64,000 nt of DNA from contig NC_058368.1 in the NCBI RefSeq assembly GCF_018350175.1, positions 26,724,001 to 26,788,000 of the forward strand, in the 5' to 3' direction. The position numbers were made by a program, and so were the translations under genes. Positions within the stretch are counted from its first letter, which is position 1; every line of letters starts with the position of its first letter. The notes beneath the pieces are model-generated. The model had not been told where the DNA came from. It searched no databases and worked only from the letters and a program-made list of their open reading frames with translations. Source of the stretch: Felis catus (lineage: Eukaryota). Below, in pieces: positions 1 through 12,036 of this stretch.

Positions 1-1074
1 ACCGTGAGTGCCTGCAGATTGTGCTAATACCACGTCAGCTTGAGGACTGGACCTAGAAGGTCATTCGTTCACTCGCAGCTCCACCTATAGGCTATCAGTT
101 CTACAGAGGCAATACCACAAATGCCACCAAATCTGCTCTAGCTTCCAAACCCCTGTGACCTAACAATAGTTAATTTAGCCTTCTCTGAATGGTCACAAGT
201 TCCCTCGTGATCAAAAGACCCTGCGGGTCTTGCGTCCTGGTATGACAGCTGAGATGTAGAGATAAACAACAAAGGGTCTAATCCTTACATTTTCCCAGTT
301 AGTATGGTTGGGAATACGTGAAATGCTTCCTGTTCAGAAAACCACTAGCCTAAATAACTGGAACAACAGGCATGTCATTGAATTAGTTCACGATTTCATT
401 GGCATTTCACACCACCCTCCAAGGACGGTGGTAATCAACTTCAGATGACCCAAAGCGGAGTGCTGGCCAAGCGAGTGGGTGATTGTCAATGCTTCGCTTA
501 TAGAGAATAGCTGGATCATATTTTAAAAAACAAAATACAAAACTGTACCTTCTCTCAACATTCACCACAACTGTTAGATAGAGAAAAAGTTGATTTTTGT
601 GTCAAATTCCAACTTTTAACTATAGAATTAAGGTGTCTCTATTCTGAACAGTACAGTCTCTTCTTTAGGGTTAAATGACACAAGGCAGGTGACAATTTGA
701 TGAATGTTCTGGGATGTATTTCCTGGTGTAACAGGGAGGTAAATTTAGTGCAGACTTCCTGTCGAGCTGTGTGAACCAACACACAGGACCTCCAGTATGC
801 TTTCAAGCCCAGAAGATACTCTTTGAAGGTCGTGATGGAGATGTTATTTTACAAGTTACATTTTCTTTGCCACAGAAAAGGGGATCAGGCTAGATTAGAT
901 TTGGAAAATGAGGCTATTACTACAAATAAACAATAGTGGATATGGAAGCAAACGCTCCAGGGGGAACAGAGGTGAAATCAGATGTAACCGGTGCTTTTAT
1001 CCCGGTGATTACCTGCTACTAAAAAGGTTGCAGCTATGTGAGGTGTCAAACATCCCTTTCAAAGGATTCTAATT

Positions 1075-1093
1075 CAGGAACTGCCTTATATGG
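1075..1093 (+). promoter_or_regulatory. SRE-like composite: ETS core next to a perfect CArG box
   Basis: CAGGAACTG followed by CCTTATATGG (CC[A/T]6GG at 1084-1093). Motif only; function not shown. Confidence 0.35.
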
Positions 1094-2154
1094 GGAGGTG
1101 AATCTTCCAGCTCCCTAAATCAATGACTATACAATTAATTAGAGTTAAAAGGAGGCAAAGCTCTGAGGACAGGGATTTCACAAACAACTCCCAACAGCCG
1201 GATTAAAAGATTGGATTTAACCACAAATTGTTGTCCCCAGTCCCCTTCCTCGCCTCTGGTATAAGTACAGTTAACGCTCATAAAGGTTTTACAAGTGAAG
1301 CGTTGCCTTTCTTGGATAAAGATATCTGAATAAGAATGGTATTGATGCATAAAATTAACTCTTTGCCACCTACATTTAATAAAAGACATTAAATGTCCTT
1401 TATCTGGAATACGTGGGATAATTATTGTATGGACTACAACACAATAATTATTATAAAATATTATTATACAGTAATGCAATATAATAATTATTATTAAATA
1501 TTATAAACAGAACACATACAGGTCAGATTTGAGGAATACAAATATTTTAGATCCAAAAATGGTGAAGAGAAAAGAAGAGAAAAAATTAAATAAAACTCAA
1601 TTCAATAAAATGGAGAGGTTTGAAAAATTCTGTGCTGGTGTTTACTTCTAAATGTACTGTTCTATTGCATACTCCTGGCTTCTAAATTGTAAAAGAGTTA
1701 CAGTGATATGCTTTACCAAAAGTAACAATGGATCCACATTATAATAGCTTGAGCAAAGTGAGCTAATTTAATTAACTTGTCTATTATGTCCTAAACTATT
1801 AATGTTAAAATAATCCTATTCTGAATTAAAGGGCTGAGCAGCCTGTGGACATGGAACAGAGAAGATTCCTCTATTTTACTCAGTTCTCTTATTATTAGTT
1901 CTGAAGAAAATCATTGCAGCCACATTTCCAGGTCTCTCTCTCCTCATTACGGAAGAAATAATCACCTTATCCAGATCTGAAAAGCTGTCATACTTGTCAT
2001 TTAGCACTGGACCTATGAAAAACCAGAAAGTGCTATTGAAAATGAAAGGCTTAAGTGTTCCAATGTTTTGGCAGAGACGGTTACTTGAATGAGCTTCCAT
2101 TCCTTTTTTTTTTTTTTAATGTCATAGCCATCTATGAGTGTAATTAAAAGAAAT

Positions 2155-2325
2155 TAATTGAAGCGTAGTTGACATATAATATTATATCTGTTACAAAATG
2201 TTCACCATGGTAAGTGTAGTTACCCTCGGCCACTATACAAAGTTACTCTGGTATTATTGAGTATATTTCCTATGCTGTACTTTCTATTCCCATGATTTAT
2301 TTATTTTATAACTTAATCCCCTTCC
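2155..2325 (-). mobile_element. L1 3' UTR fragment (L1_Carn/L1MA-type)
   Basis: ATTGAAGCGTAGTTGACATATAATATTATA...CCTATGCTGTACTTTCTATTCCCATGATTTATTT resembles the reverse complement of mammalian L1 3' ends. Confidence 0.7.
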
Positions 2326-2849
2326 AATCTTTGATTGGATGAAATTGTCAAAACAATATACTTCTAAGACACATTGATAGGCTAATTGGGAATAATTATC
2401 TTCAATGTTGATTAACAAAGAGATCTATTATTAAAATTCTGACAGGTGTCAATGCAGAGTAACAAGTCTTTGTTGTTCATAAAGAGCCTGAGTCTCAAGA
2501 GTTTTAAGGGTCTCACAAACATCATCTAATGATTTTCTGTAGCATCTTAATAAGGTAGTAGAAGGCTGGCATCCTGGCCCTGGAGCACAGAGGAGGATGC
2601 TAAGCCATTGTAGTAGGCATTGCACTTATACTGATAATGCATTAAGCCACAGTCTTTTTTTTTTATATCATTTTTAAGGATCTCAGATACACAGGACTGA
2701 GTTGTTTGTCATTAGTCCAAGGCCCACTTTTAGCATCCATCTGAGAAAAATCCTTGATTCGTTTTATTCCTTTTCCCTTCATTTCCATCTCCAATTCCAT
2801 TCCCCTCCCTACTCTCCTGGAAAATACATATAAAAGTGTGTGCTATCCT

Positions 2850-4249
2850 AAGAATATGCAATGGGAAAAAGACAGTCTCTTCAACAAATGGTGCTGGGAA
2901 AACAGGACAGCTACATGCAAAAGAATGAAACTGGACCACTTTCTTATGCCATATACAAAAATAAACTCAAAATGGATTAAAAACCTAAATATAAAACCTG
3001 GAACCATAAAAATCCTAGAAGGGAACACAGGTAGTAATTTCTCTGACATTGGCCATACATCCATCTTTCTAGGTATGTCTCCTGAGGCAAGGGAAATAAA
3101 AGCAAAAATAAACTATTTGGGACTACATAAAGAAAAAACAAAAAACAAAAAACAAAAAAAAAAACAAAAACAAAAAACCCCACACACACAACAAAGGAAA
3201 TAATCAACAAAGCTGTTGATTATCCTGTGTGCACAACAAAGGAAATAATCAACAAAGCTAAAAACTATCCCACTAAATGGAATAAGATATTTGCAAATGA
3301 CCTAATGAATAAAGGGTTATTATCCAAAATACATAAAGAACTTACACAACTCAACACCCGAAAAACCAAATAATACACTTAAAAAACTGGCAGAAGACAT
3401 GAACAGACATTTTCTCCAAAGAAGACATACGGATGGTCAGATGGCCAACAGACACAAGAAAAGATGCTCAACATCACTCATCAAAATGCAAATCAATACC
3501 ACAATGAGATATTCTGACCTCACACCTGTCAGAACGGCTAAAATAAAAACGCAAGAAACGGCAAGTGTTGGCAAGGATGTGGAGAAAAAGGAATCCTTGT
3601 GCACCATTGGTGGGAATGCAAACTGGTGCAGCCACTGTGGAAAACAGCATAGAGGTTCCTCAAAAAATTAAAAAGAGAACTACCCTATGATCCAGTAGTT
3701 GCACTACTGGGTATTTACCCAAAGAATGCAAAAACACTAATTTGAAAGGATACATGCGCCCCTATGTTTATAGCAGTATTATTTACAATAGCCAAACTAT
3801 GGAAACAGCCCAAGTATCCCTCCATAGGTACATGAATAAAGAAGAGGTGATATATACACACAATAGAATATTACTCAGTCATTGAAAAGAATGAAATCTT
3901 GCCATTTATAACAACACGGATGGAGCTATAGAGTATAATGCTAAGTGAAATAAGTTAGTCAAAGAAAACAAATATCATATGATTTCACTCATGTGGAATT
4001 TAAAACACAAACGAGCAAAGGGGGAAAACAGAGAGACAAATCAAGAAACAGACTCTTAACTATAGAGGACACACTGATGGTTGAGGGGAGGTGGGCTGGG
4101 AGATGAGTGAATTAGGTGATGGGGATTAAAGAATACACTTATCACCATGAGCACTGAGTAATGTATAGAATTGTTGAATCACTATGTTGTACACCTGAAA
4201 CTAATGAAACAATGTATGTTAACTATACTGAAATTAAAAACTTTAAAAA
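2850..4249 (+). mobile_element. 5'-truncated carnivore LINE-1 (disrupted ORF2 C-terminus, 3' UTR, A-tail)
   Basis: Translations [18 protein letters not shown]...[18 protein letters not shown] and MNRHF...KRCSTSLIKMQINTTMRY...[17 protein letters not shown] are L1 ORF2 C-terminal sequence with stops and frameshifts. The 3' end is TGTACACCTGAAACTAAT followed by an A-rich tail. Degenerate TSD AAAAGTGTGTGCTATCCT (2832-2849) / AAAAGTATGTTCTGTCCT (4250-4267), 15/18 identical. Confidence 0.95.
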
Positions 4250-4294
4250 AAAAGTATGTTCTGTCCTTCCAGGTCCACCGTCTGTAAGCATATG

Positions 4295-4620
4295 TATTTA
4301 TGACCCAGCAATTTTGCCCCTGGAAATGTACCTCAGAAGAAATGTGTACACATTCATAAGGAACTACATACTTGATTTATCAGGGAGTTGTTTGGGAGTA
4401 GCAAAGAAATGGAAGCCACCTGTATCCATCACTAAGTGAATAGATACATAAAATATGGTTTATAGACATGATAGAATTCTATGTAACTGTCAGAGGCAAT
4501 AAACGAAATTCACACATAGTAACATGAGAAATGTATGAAACAGAATGAGATCTGGAGCACAATGTCATTTATGTAAAATTTTCAAACCATATGTTTAAAA
4601 CAACACTAAGTATTTCTCAG
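4295..4620 (+). mobile_element. Ancient L1 (L1M) 3' fragment
   Basis: TATGACCCAGCAATT...AGCAAAGAAATGGAAGCCACCT...ATAAAATATGGTTTATAGACATGATAGAATTCTAT resembles a decayed L1 ORF2 end. Confidence 0.7.
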
Positions 4621-4739
4621 ATACTTTTTTATCTCTCATTTTTCAGGGAAAAATTGATGTAGTTTATCAAGAATGAAGGGAAGAAAGGAAAGGAAAACAC
4701 ATAAGGGTTAGAGGGAAAAGAGGGGTCTATGGATGCAAT

Positions 4740-4932
4740 TTATTAGCTATCTACCAACGTAATGCTAAGTTCATTACATTCATTATCTATTTCAAATTTA
4801 TGAAATAGATACTGTTGTTCTACTAAACGTTGAGGCACACGAAACCCAAAAAGGCTAAATATCTCACCTAAGAGGTTACTGCAAGAAAACGCAGACCCAG
4901 TTTACAAAAGTAGGAGATCTGGCCCAAGAGTC
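4740..4932 (-). mobile_element. MIR SINE fragment
   Basis: Degenerate match to the reverse MIR core (TGAGGCAC...AGGCTAAATATCTCACCTAAG...GATCTGGCCCAAGAGTC). Confidence 0.5.
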
Positions 4933-5489
4933 ACCAAGCCAATTATAAAACCACTCCTCTCTGAGAGCTGTTTTTGGTGGAGGCAAGAATGTTCACTTTT
5001 GCATAGCCAGTCTCCTCTGTTGTAATTCTACACCCAGGTCTCAATATTAGTTGTTTTTGTTTCTCAGACTCCTGGAAGTGGGTATAAAAAGCAGTAGACA
5101 GAAGTGTAATAGACACTGATAGATATGTTCCGCTTTTGACAAATAATTACACTTGCATCTAATTTATACTTTACTGTTTCACTAATTTGGTTAGCATGAG
5201 TTGATATCTAAGAAACGAATAAGCCTGGATGCTCTATTAAAATTTAGTTTCTGGACCCGGAAAAGCTTAAGAGTGATTCCACAGTGCGGCGGCTCATCTG
5301 CTATGTCATGCTTCCAGGTTATTAGAAATTATATTTAACAATGATGAAATCACTTGGATATTAAAAAGGAAGTGCAAGATGCCAGGCCACACACCTATCA
5401 CTGAACTGACCCTTTATATTTCTATAGTTGCTGCAAGGAAAATGTTTTTTGAGAGCTCTAGCAAAGATGGCACAAAAGCTCCTTCCTAT

Positions 5490-5521
5490 CAATGAGACAA
5501 GGAGACAATGAGACAAGGAGA
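5490..5521. repeat. 16-bp tandem duplication
   Basis: CAATGAGACAAGGAGA twice, exact. Confidence 0.9.
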
Positions 5522-5934
5522 TGAGAAGGGTGACATTGATGACATCACCAAATCATATAACGCTTGAGATTTTCACTCTTCTATTAAATATGTCCAGTAT
5601 GCAACCCAGAGAAAGAAGTAGAAAGTTTAATTAGGAAGCCACAAGAAAAAGTACTTTTTATTGGTAATCTCACATGAATCCTCAAACGCTAGAAAAAAAA
5701 AAGAAATTTGGGGGAGAGAGGTGAGAGAGGACATGAAATTTGTCTCAGATGAACTTCAAGATTCATAATTCCAGAAATAGAAAAGAATTAAGAAAATAAT
5801 AATAAAGGGCATAATTAGTACTATCTCTTGAAAATTCACTAGTACCTATTTTAAAAATCCTTATATTTCCACCAAGAAGAATCTAATTAAAGAATGACAC
5901 ATGGATTTCATTTCTTTGCGTAAAACAATGATTC

Positions 5935-6065
5935 TTTACGTTTCAGGGGTTATGAACCTCTTTTACAATCTTGGTGAAAATTATGGAACATCTTTTTTCA
6001 AAATGCACATTCGTGCACATTTTGCAGAAAATTCCAAAGGTTCATAAACCTAAAACCCAAGGACT
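5935..6065. mobile_element. MER103-like hAT-Charlie MITE
   Basis: GGGGTTATGAACCTCTTTTACAATCTTGGTGAAAATTATGGA...AAAATGCACAT...CATTTTGCA...AAAGGTTCATAAACC fits the MER103C pattern with inverted ends. Confidence 0.6.
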
Positions 6066-6944
6066 TAGACTAGAAAGATCAAATTGATCAGATACATAGT
6101 AAGTCAGTCTACATTTCCCCTACTAACTCTTCTTTTTTGTAAAGTTTTCCAAGAAACATCTTGACATTTACCATCGTTGTAGGTGCTCATATAATATACA
6201 GAATGAAAACCAATCATCCTACTTCAGGCAAGGTCCAATTTTGACATAATTAGATTTTGCTTATTTTACTGGGGCTGCCATTGCGTTCTGCAAATTGCAG
6301 ACATTATTATGACACTTCCAGGAACTAGGGCTGAAGGAAACCAAAGATACCTGGTTATCAAGGAGAAGGCTAGTGAAGCCTTGTGCTTGCGGAAGGAGGC
6401 AGTATTATCAATGGCTCTATCAAATACAAGAGAACCAAGTGTTCATCAAAGTTCACAGCTTCTGGGTAAAATAAATCTGGAAGAGTGCTCCAATAGCATA
6501 GGGGACACTCAAAATAGTACTGTCAAACCCCACATTTGGTACATCATTAAGGTTTACTGCAATCATGGCTTGAGAGCAAATAGAAATGTTATTTCCCAGG
6601 TGCACTGAATCAGATTAAGGACGTTTGTAGGGCAATAAAATCTATTCCTTGTGTGTTGGGATGGTCTAAATGGAAGCATTTATCTGATAGGAAAAGCTTT
6701 AGACCCCAAAGCTGTACCTACTATTTACCTAAACGTTCATCTCTGTTCCTCAGAGTGTCGCCAAACGGAGGGTGCAAATGAGACCAAAGATAACATTAGA
6801 TTCTGTTCAGTTAGCTCAGACGTGACTAATGAAGAATGTAATTTTGTATATTCAGGGGTTTTGTTTGTTTTAGTTGCCACTGTGTGGGTGATTTTTAAAG
6901 CAATGTGGCAAATTTAAGGTAAAATATAATGAGAAGCAGGAAGG

Positions 6945-7080
6945 TATTGTGAAGAAGCCTGAATATGAAATCAGAAACACTGGGTTTGGTCCCTGGCTCT
7001 GTCATTTGGTAACTATGTCAACTTGCACAATTTCTCTGGTAAAGTGAAGACATAATGTTCATCTGTTAGGGATTTTCTGA
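6945..7080 (+). mobile_element. MIR SINE fragment
   Basis: AATCAGAAACACTGGGTTTGGTCCCTGGCTCTGTCATTTGGTAACTATGTCAACTTG resembles the MIR 5' part. Confidence 0.55.
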
Positions 7081-7140
7081 GTTTTCACATCTGTCATCAC
7101 AGTGAGACATGTTTTTCTCTACATTCCAAATACACTTGAA

Positions 7141-7220
7141 ATTTATATTTTATATTCATTATAGTGATTTTATATTTTATATTCATATAGTGAATTTATA
7201 TTTTATATTCATTATAGTGA
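7141..7220. repeat. AT-rich minisatellite, 3 x ~27 bp
   Basis: Unit ATTTATATTTTATATTCATTATAGTGA at 7141-7167, 7168-7193 (one substitution, 1-bp deletion) and 7194-7220. Confidence 0.95.
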
Positions 7221-7229
7221 TCAATGCAT

Positions 7230-8520
7230 ATGACTTAAAAACTCAAATAAAATTACAAGGTTCAAAACAATAACAATGGAAAAAGCAGTAATTTCTTCCC
7301 AGATTCCAGCTCCCCAAGGGTCCCCACTACTCTTTTATCTCTGTTTGTTTGGTCTTCGACATCTACTTTTATAATATGCTTCTATCTATTTCTGGATATT
7401 TTCCAACATTTAGAAACTATATATTGAATTCCCAAATTGGAATGTGGAATTTAGTTCTCCTAAGCCGCCCTCAACACACATGCTTTCCCCTCATTTATCC
7501 TCCCCAAATAGTCATAGCACAATTTGTGTTTAAAGAAGCATTTAATGCTTATATTATTATAATACAATGAAAAATGTTCAGACCTGAACATGTAATCAAT
7601 ATGTTCACATTCTTTTCTTAGACAACTCTTCCCCCTCTCATGTGTTATTTTTTTTGCTTTGTATTTATTCCATTTTCTATTTATTTTTCATTAATTCCTT
7701 TTCCAAATCTCCACCTGAACTGCAAATAGCTACTCAACGTGATCAGATGCATCAGGTGATATCAGTTTCAGTTTCTCCTTCCCACAACCTTCCTTCAGTT
7801 CTTTGTCTTCCTGTTCCAATCTTCACTGTTTCTAGGACTCTTGAGGATTTACCCTCACCAACAGACTGGTAATTCCCTTTTCTTCTCTCTTATGATCCAG
7901 CCCGCATTTCCTGAATGTTTCCTTCTTTCCTTCCTACCTCCCTCCCTTCCCTCCTTCTTTCCCCCCTTCCTTCCTTCCTCCCTTCCTTCCCCACTTCCTT
8001 CCTTCCTTCCTTCCTTCCTTCCTTCCTTCCTTCCTTCCTTCCCTCCCTCCTTCCTTCTTTCCTTTTTTTTTTTTTAATAAGGTAGAGCATTATCTTGTTG
8101 CTTCCTAAGAAACTGGAGAGTAAAGTTTGAGACTGACTACATCTGAAAATGCTTAAATGAGTGTTTGGGTATAGAACTGTAGGTCAGAAATTAGTCTCTT
8201 ACAGAAGAGAAGGCATTGTTGTAGTGTTTTCCAGCTTTCAACGTTATCCTTGAAAGACTAATGGCATTCTAATTCCCAACCTACCATGTGATCTGTTTTT
8301 TTCCTCTTGGAAACTTAAATCTGTTTCATTGTTCATGAATGTCATGCAATTTCAGGATGCCGTGAGCTTTGCTGTCTCTTTCATTTTATTGTGCTGCTGT
8401 GGGCTTGAACAACCCTTTTGTCCAAATTCTTATGTTCTTCATTTCAGGCAAGTTTCTTTGGATTATTTCTGTGACAATTTCCTCCCATCTGTTTTCCATT
8501 TCCTTTTCTAAGAACGTTTC
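7230..8520 (-). mobile_element. Ancient HAL1/L1M fragment, interrupted by a microsatellite
   Basis: ATCCTCCCCAAATAGTCATAGCACAATTTGTGTTTAAA...CTGAACATGTA and TTTGGGTATAGAACTGTAGGTCAGAAAT...CTTCATTTCAGGCAAGTTTCTTTGGATTATTTCT resemble antisense HAL1/L1 ORF1-region sequence. Confidence 0.6.
7920..8075. repeat. (CCTT)n/(CCCT)n pyrimidine microsatellite ending in poly-T
   Basis: Directly visible. Confidence 0.95.
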
Positions 8521-9009
8521 AGTTCTCCTCTTTTTGATCTGATCCCACACTTATCCCTTTGGACAAACTTGGTATCTCCACATCCTAATTCCTGGAAAGG
8601 AAAGGTACAAGCATACCTACTTCACAAGGACACCTCAGACTGGCTGGTCGCCTACTGTCAGCCCCAACCCTGAGCTCTCAGTCAGGTTATAAGGATCCAG
8701 CTACCGCGAAGCACTTCCATAACCAAGCAGAACAGAAATTCTTACTCTACCCTCTTTCTTGTTCCTTCTTTCCACTCTCCTTCCCCTTCTCCCACTTTTT
8801 CCCTCATCTGTTTGTTTTCTTCATCCCTCATGGGGATGACCCTTTGGTTCTCCTCTTCTTTTGCCTCCCCCCTTTTTTTCTTAAACTTTACTATCTGCGC
8901 ATATCCCAACCCTACTGGCACTCTGTTCTCATTTCAAGTCTATGCCCTCTCACCTGTCATATTAGCTATAGCTTCAGACCTAGCATTCTGGAGCTGGAAG
9001 GGCTCCATT

Positions 9010-9112
9010 TGCTGATGAGGAATGGGCCCAGAGAGGTAGAGCTGACTTCTTAGTGGCAGCAGGACTCCAGTGCAGATCTGCTAACTCTGGATGCGTTGCG
9101 CTTTCCATTACA
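9010..9112 (-). mobile_element. MIR fragment
   Basis: GATGAGGAATGGGCCCAGAGAGGT...AGTGGCAGCAGGACT...CTTTCCATTACA. Confidence 0.5.
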
Positions 9113-10686
9113 TAACAGTTCAGTGCACCTCAACGCCAGGAACACAAACCTCTGGGCAACGTGCCTATGCATTTTGCTGTACAAATCCCACTGAAAAGAG
9201 ATTTTTACATTGCATTTGAGTCAACGGAGTCTTTTGAGAGTAGCCTCTGTATATTACAAAAGTAGAATAAAACAATTGAGGAAAGAGTTTCTAGCAAATG
9301 CTAACATTCATTGAAGAATTACTATGTGCCATTCATTTTGCATATGTTCTCTTATTTGCGCCACATAATAACTTCATATAATACTCACACAAGCCCTGAT
9401 TTCAATATGATGAAAGGCAGAGAAATTGATTTCTTTACTCAGAGAGACATAGGAGGAACTTATTCACAAGTCTGTGTGGTTCTCAGGTCCATGCTGTTAA
9501 CTAATCTATGGTGCTTCCTGACAGACATTGTTTAAGGCATTAATCTAGCTTGCTAGACAAGCCCAATAGTCCAAAAGCATGCACAATTTTGAAACAGGCT
9601 TTAAAGTGTTCATGCCCTTTGCCTGTTTAGCAATATCTGCATCTCCCACTTCTTTGCAAATCTCTAGATTCAGAGAGGGACATATTCTCTCCAGTTCCCT
9701 GTACAGCCCCGTTCAGAGCCCTCCCATTCTTATGGGAAAAGGTAAATATAGCAAAAGTAGGGTGTTCCAGATTGTTTCCAGTCTGGCTCACTTCTTTTCA
9801 GATAAAAAACATTTGGTGAAGCTATATTTTTAAGGCTATTATAACAATTATATCCAGCAAGCTTCTTAAGGTTTATTTGAACTGAAGTGATTTGCATCAA
9901 TCCAAGCTCCCGGTCTGCTCTCCAGGTTTTCGTGACTGCTGTTTGGAGCTATAAATCTAGCTTGGCTAATGGAGGATAATAAGCAAAGTGTCCTTGCTTT
10001 CTCTCCAACATAACTCAGCTGTGTAGTATAAAACCTTGATTCCGCCTTTAGACATGTGTTGACCAGCTTGTCAGAATTTCCATTGGCATTGTATACGAGG
10101 GTGGGTGGAAACTGCTACAATTTAGATGTAACTGAATTTTTTAAAAAAAAAAACCTTCCTTTCATGTGACTTCAACCCCCTGATTCATTTTCAACTTGGA
10201 AAAAAATACCATATACATGGTGGTCTATGAGAGCTGTACTTTGGCAAGCACAATTTATAATTCATTACCTTTTTTTTTTTTTTTTTGGTCAAGGCAATTT
10301 TTAAAACGCTATTTCTATCATCTTTTAAATTGATGTCTTTCTTCTTTGACTGCCATATGAGCTTTATGCATTATTTTCAGCATCTTTAGGGTATTTTTTC
10401 TATTGCTTTAAAGTGTAATGGACCATATATCAGATATTGTAAAATATGTTCTAGCCTTCAAAGCAAGTTAAGCCTATCACCTGTTTTATACCAAGCAGGA
10501 GCCCAGCAAATGTTCTGTTGTAATCTCCACAGTAAGAAATAGCACTTTATATTAATATGGTGCCCAGGGTCTTTTTGAGCTAGTCTGGAATCCAGGACAA
10601 ACCAAAGCTTTGCTGTTGATACCTTAATACCACCAGGTGAACCTGTACGGTAAATCTGGGCAGTGAGTGTCAGAAAGGTCCCTGAG

Positions 10687-11098
10687 TACAGTAGGTTGAA
10701 AAGTATCTTCCCTTCCAAAAATAATTTAGATGTGCCTGGAACCTCAGAATGTGATCTTATTCACAAATGGGGTCTTTGCAGAAGTATTTCGTTGAGATCA
10801 GGTCATACGGGATTACAATGGGCACTGAATTCAAAGACTGATGTGCTTATAAGAGGAAAGACAGAGACACAGAGACACGAAGAAGAGGAAGGGATTAGTT
10901 TGACGTAGCTGCAAACCAAGGATTGCCAGAAACTAGGGAGGGGTAAGGAAGGATCTTCTCTAGAGCCTCCAGAGGGAACACAACCCTGTTAATACCTTGA
11001 TTTTGAACTTCTTGCCTGCAGAACTTAGAATGAATTTCTATTGTTTTAAGTCACCCAGGTTGGGGTAATTTGTCACAGCAGCCCTAGGAATGAATACA
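10687..11098 (+). mobile_element. MaLR solo LTR (MLT1B/C-like)
   Basis: GGAACCTCAGAATGTGATCTTATT...GGGTCTTTGCAGA...TCTAGAGCCTCCAGAGGGAAC...TTTCTATTGTTTTAAGTCACCCAG...GCAGCCCTAGGAATGAATACA, with a 5-bp TSD CTGAG at 10682-10686 and 11099-11103. Confidence 0.9.
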
Positions 11099-11214
11099 CT
11101 GAGGATTTCCTGAATGATGTTACTGAAGAGGTAATAAGACTCCAAACACTCAGGACTCCTGGATTTAGGACATCCAACAGCTATATGTGCCTGTGGGTAA
11201 GAAGAATGACTGGG

Positions 11215-11429
11215 GGGGCGCCTGGGTGGCTCAGTCAGTTGAGCGACCGACTTCGGCTCAGGTCACGATCTCACGGTTTGTGAGTTCCAGCCCTGCGTGG
11301 GGCTCTGTGCTGACAGCTCAGAGCCTGGAGCCTGCTTCAGATTCTGTGTCTCCGTCTCTCTCTGCCCCTCCCCCACTCGTGCTCTGTCTCTCTCTGTCTC
11401 AGAAATAAATAAACATTAAAAAAAAAAAG
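11215..11429 (+). mobile_element. Can-SINE (feliform SINEC_Fc type)
   Basis: GGGGCGCCTGGGTGGCTCAGT head, CT-rich region, AATAAA and A-tail. TSD AAGAAGAATGACT / AAGAAGCATGACT. Confidence 0.97.
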
Positions 11430-11859
11430 AAGAAGCATGACTAGGGAACTACGCACAGCAACCAGATCTGGGATCATCTCACTTCAAGCAAAAGGGCAGC
11501 TGCTAAGGAAGGGAGGGAAACCCAAGCTTGGTCTGAGACTTGGAATGCAGGATTTGAGCTGCAAATGAAGGAACAGACTTCAGTAATAATCTGGGCGGAA
11601 AGAACCTCAGTAACCTGTTCATCTTCTCAGCTGCACCAGCACACGTACATATAGGACAACTGAGCCCAGCTTGATAATTTTGCAAATAGTTCAACCACAG
11701 TAAATGGAAAGACTTTTACTATGAATTCCGGGAAGGTGTTCATTGTTTTGGGAAATCCAGCTCAGGACTGGAGCCCACACTCCACTCTGCTTTGACGAGC
11801 ACCATTTGACACTGGGAAGCTCAAGGACTTTGGCATCAATGAGATAAGTGTTAACATTC

Positions 11860-12036
11860 TGGCCCCTTCACTTTCTGCTTGTCTAGCTATAGTATTTTGA
11901 CAAAACGCTGTGAGCCACGATGTCCCCATTTAAAATGGGAATAAGACGTATCTACCTCATAAAGTGCTTGTGAGGATTAGCTGAGATAAGCTATGCAAAA
12001 CAGGTGGCATACAGCAGGTGCTCATTAAATGTTAGT
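11860..12036 (+). mobile_element. MIR SINE
   Basis: TAAAATGGGAATAAGACGTATCTACCTCATAAAGTGCTTGTGAGGATTAGCTGAGATAA...GGTGCTCATTAAATGTTAG is the MIR core and 3' end. Confidence 0.85.

Noticed and set aside
215..231. Hairpin AAGACCC-TGC-GGGTCTT
   Set aside because: A 7-bp stem is expected by chance in 64 kb and has no supporting context
856..935. Strong acceptor TTTTCTTTGCCACAG followed by a short reading frame
   Set aside because: No convincing donor, early stops and no recognisable peptide
2754..3671. ORFs of 149 aa and 90 aa as host genes
   Set aside because: They are fragments of L1 ORF2 in a truncated, frameshifted element
7841..8090. PSFL-repeat and GRKE-repeat ORFs
   Set aside because: Translation of the (CCTT)n repeat
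11215..11290. tRNA-like A and B box sequence
   Set aside because: It is the tRNA-derived head of a SINE, not a tRNA gene
11187..11408. Recurring 'WVAQSV...PTSAQVMISR...SLEPASDSVSPSL' peptides, also at 37337, 46757 and 51671
   Set aside because: Translations of Can-SINE bodies, not a protein family
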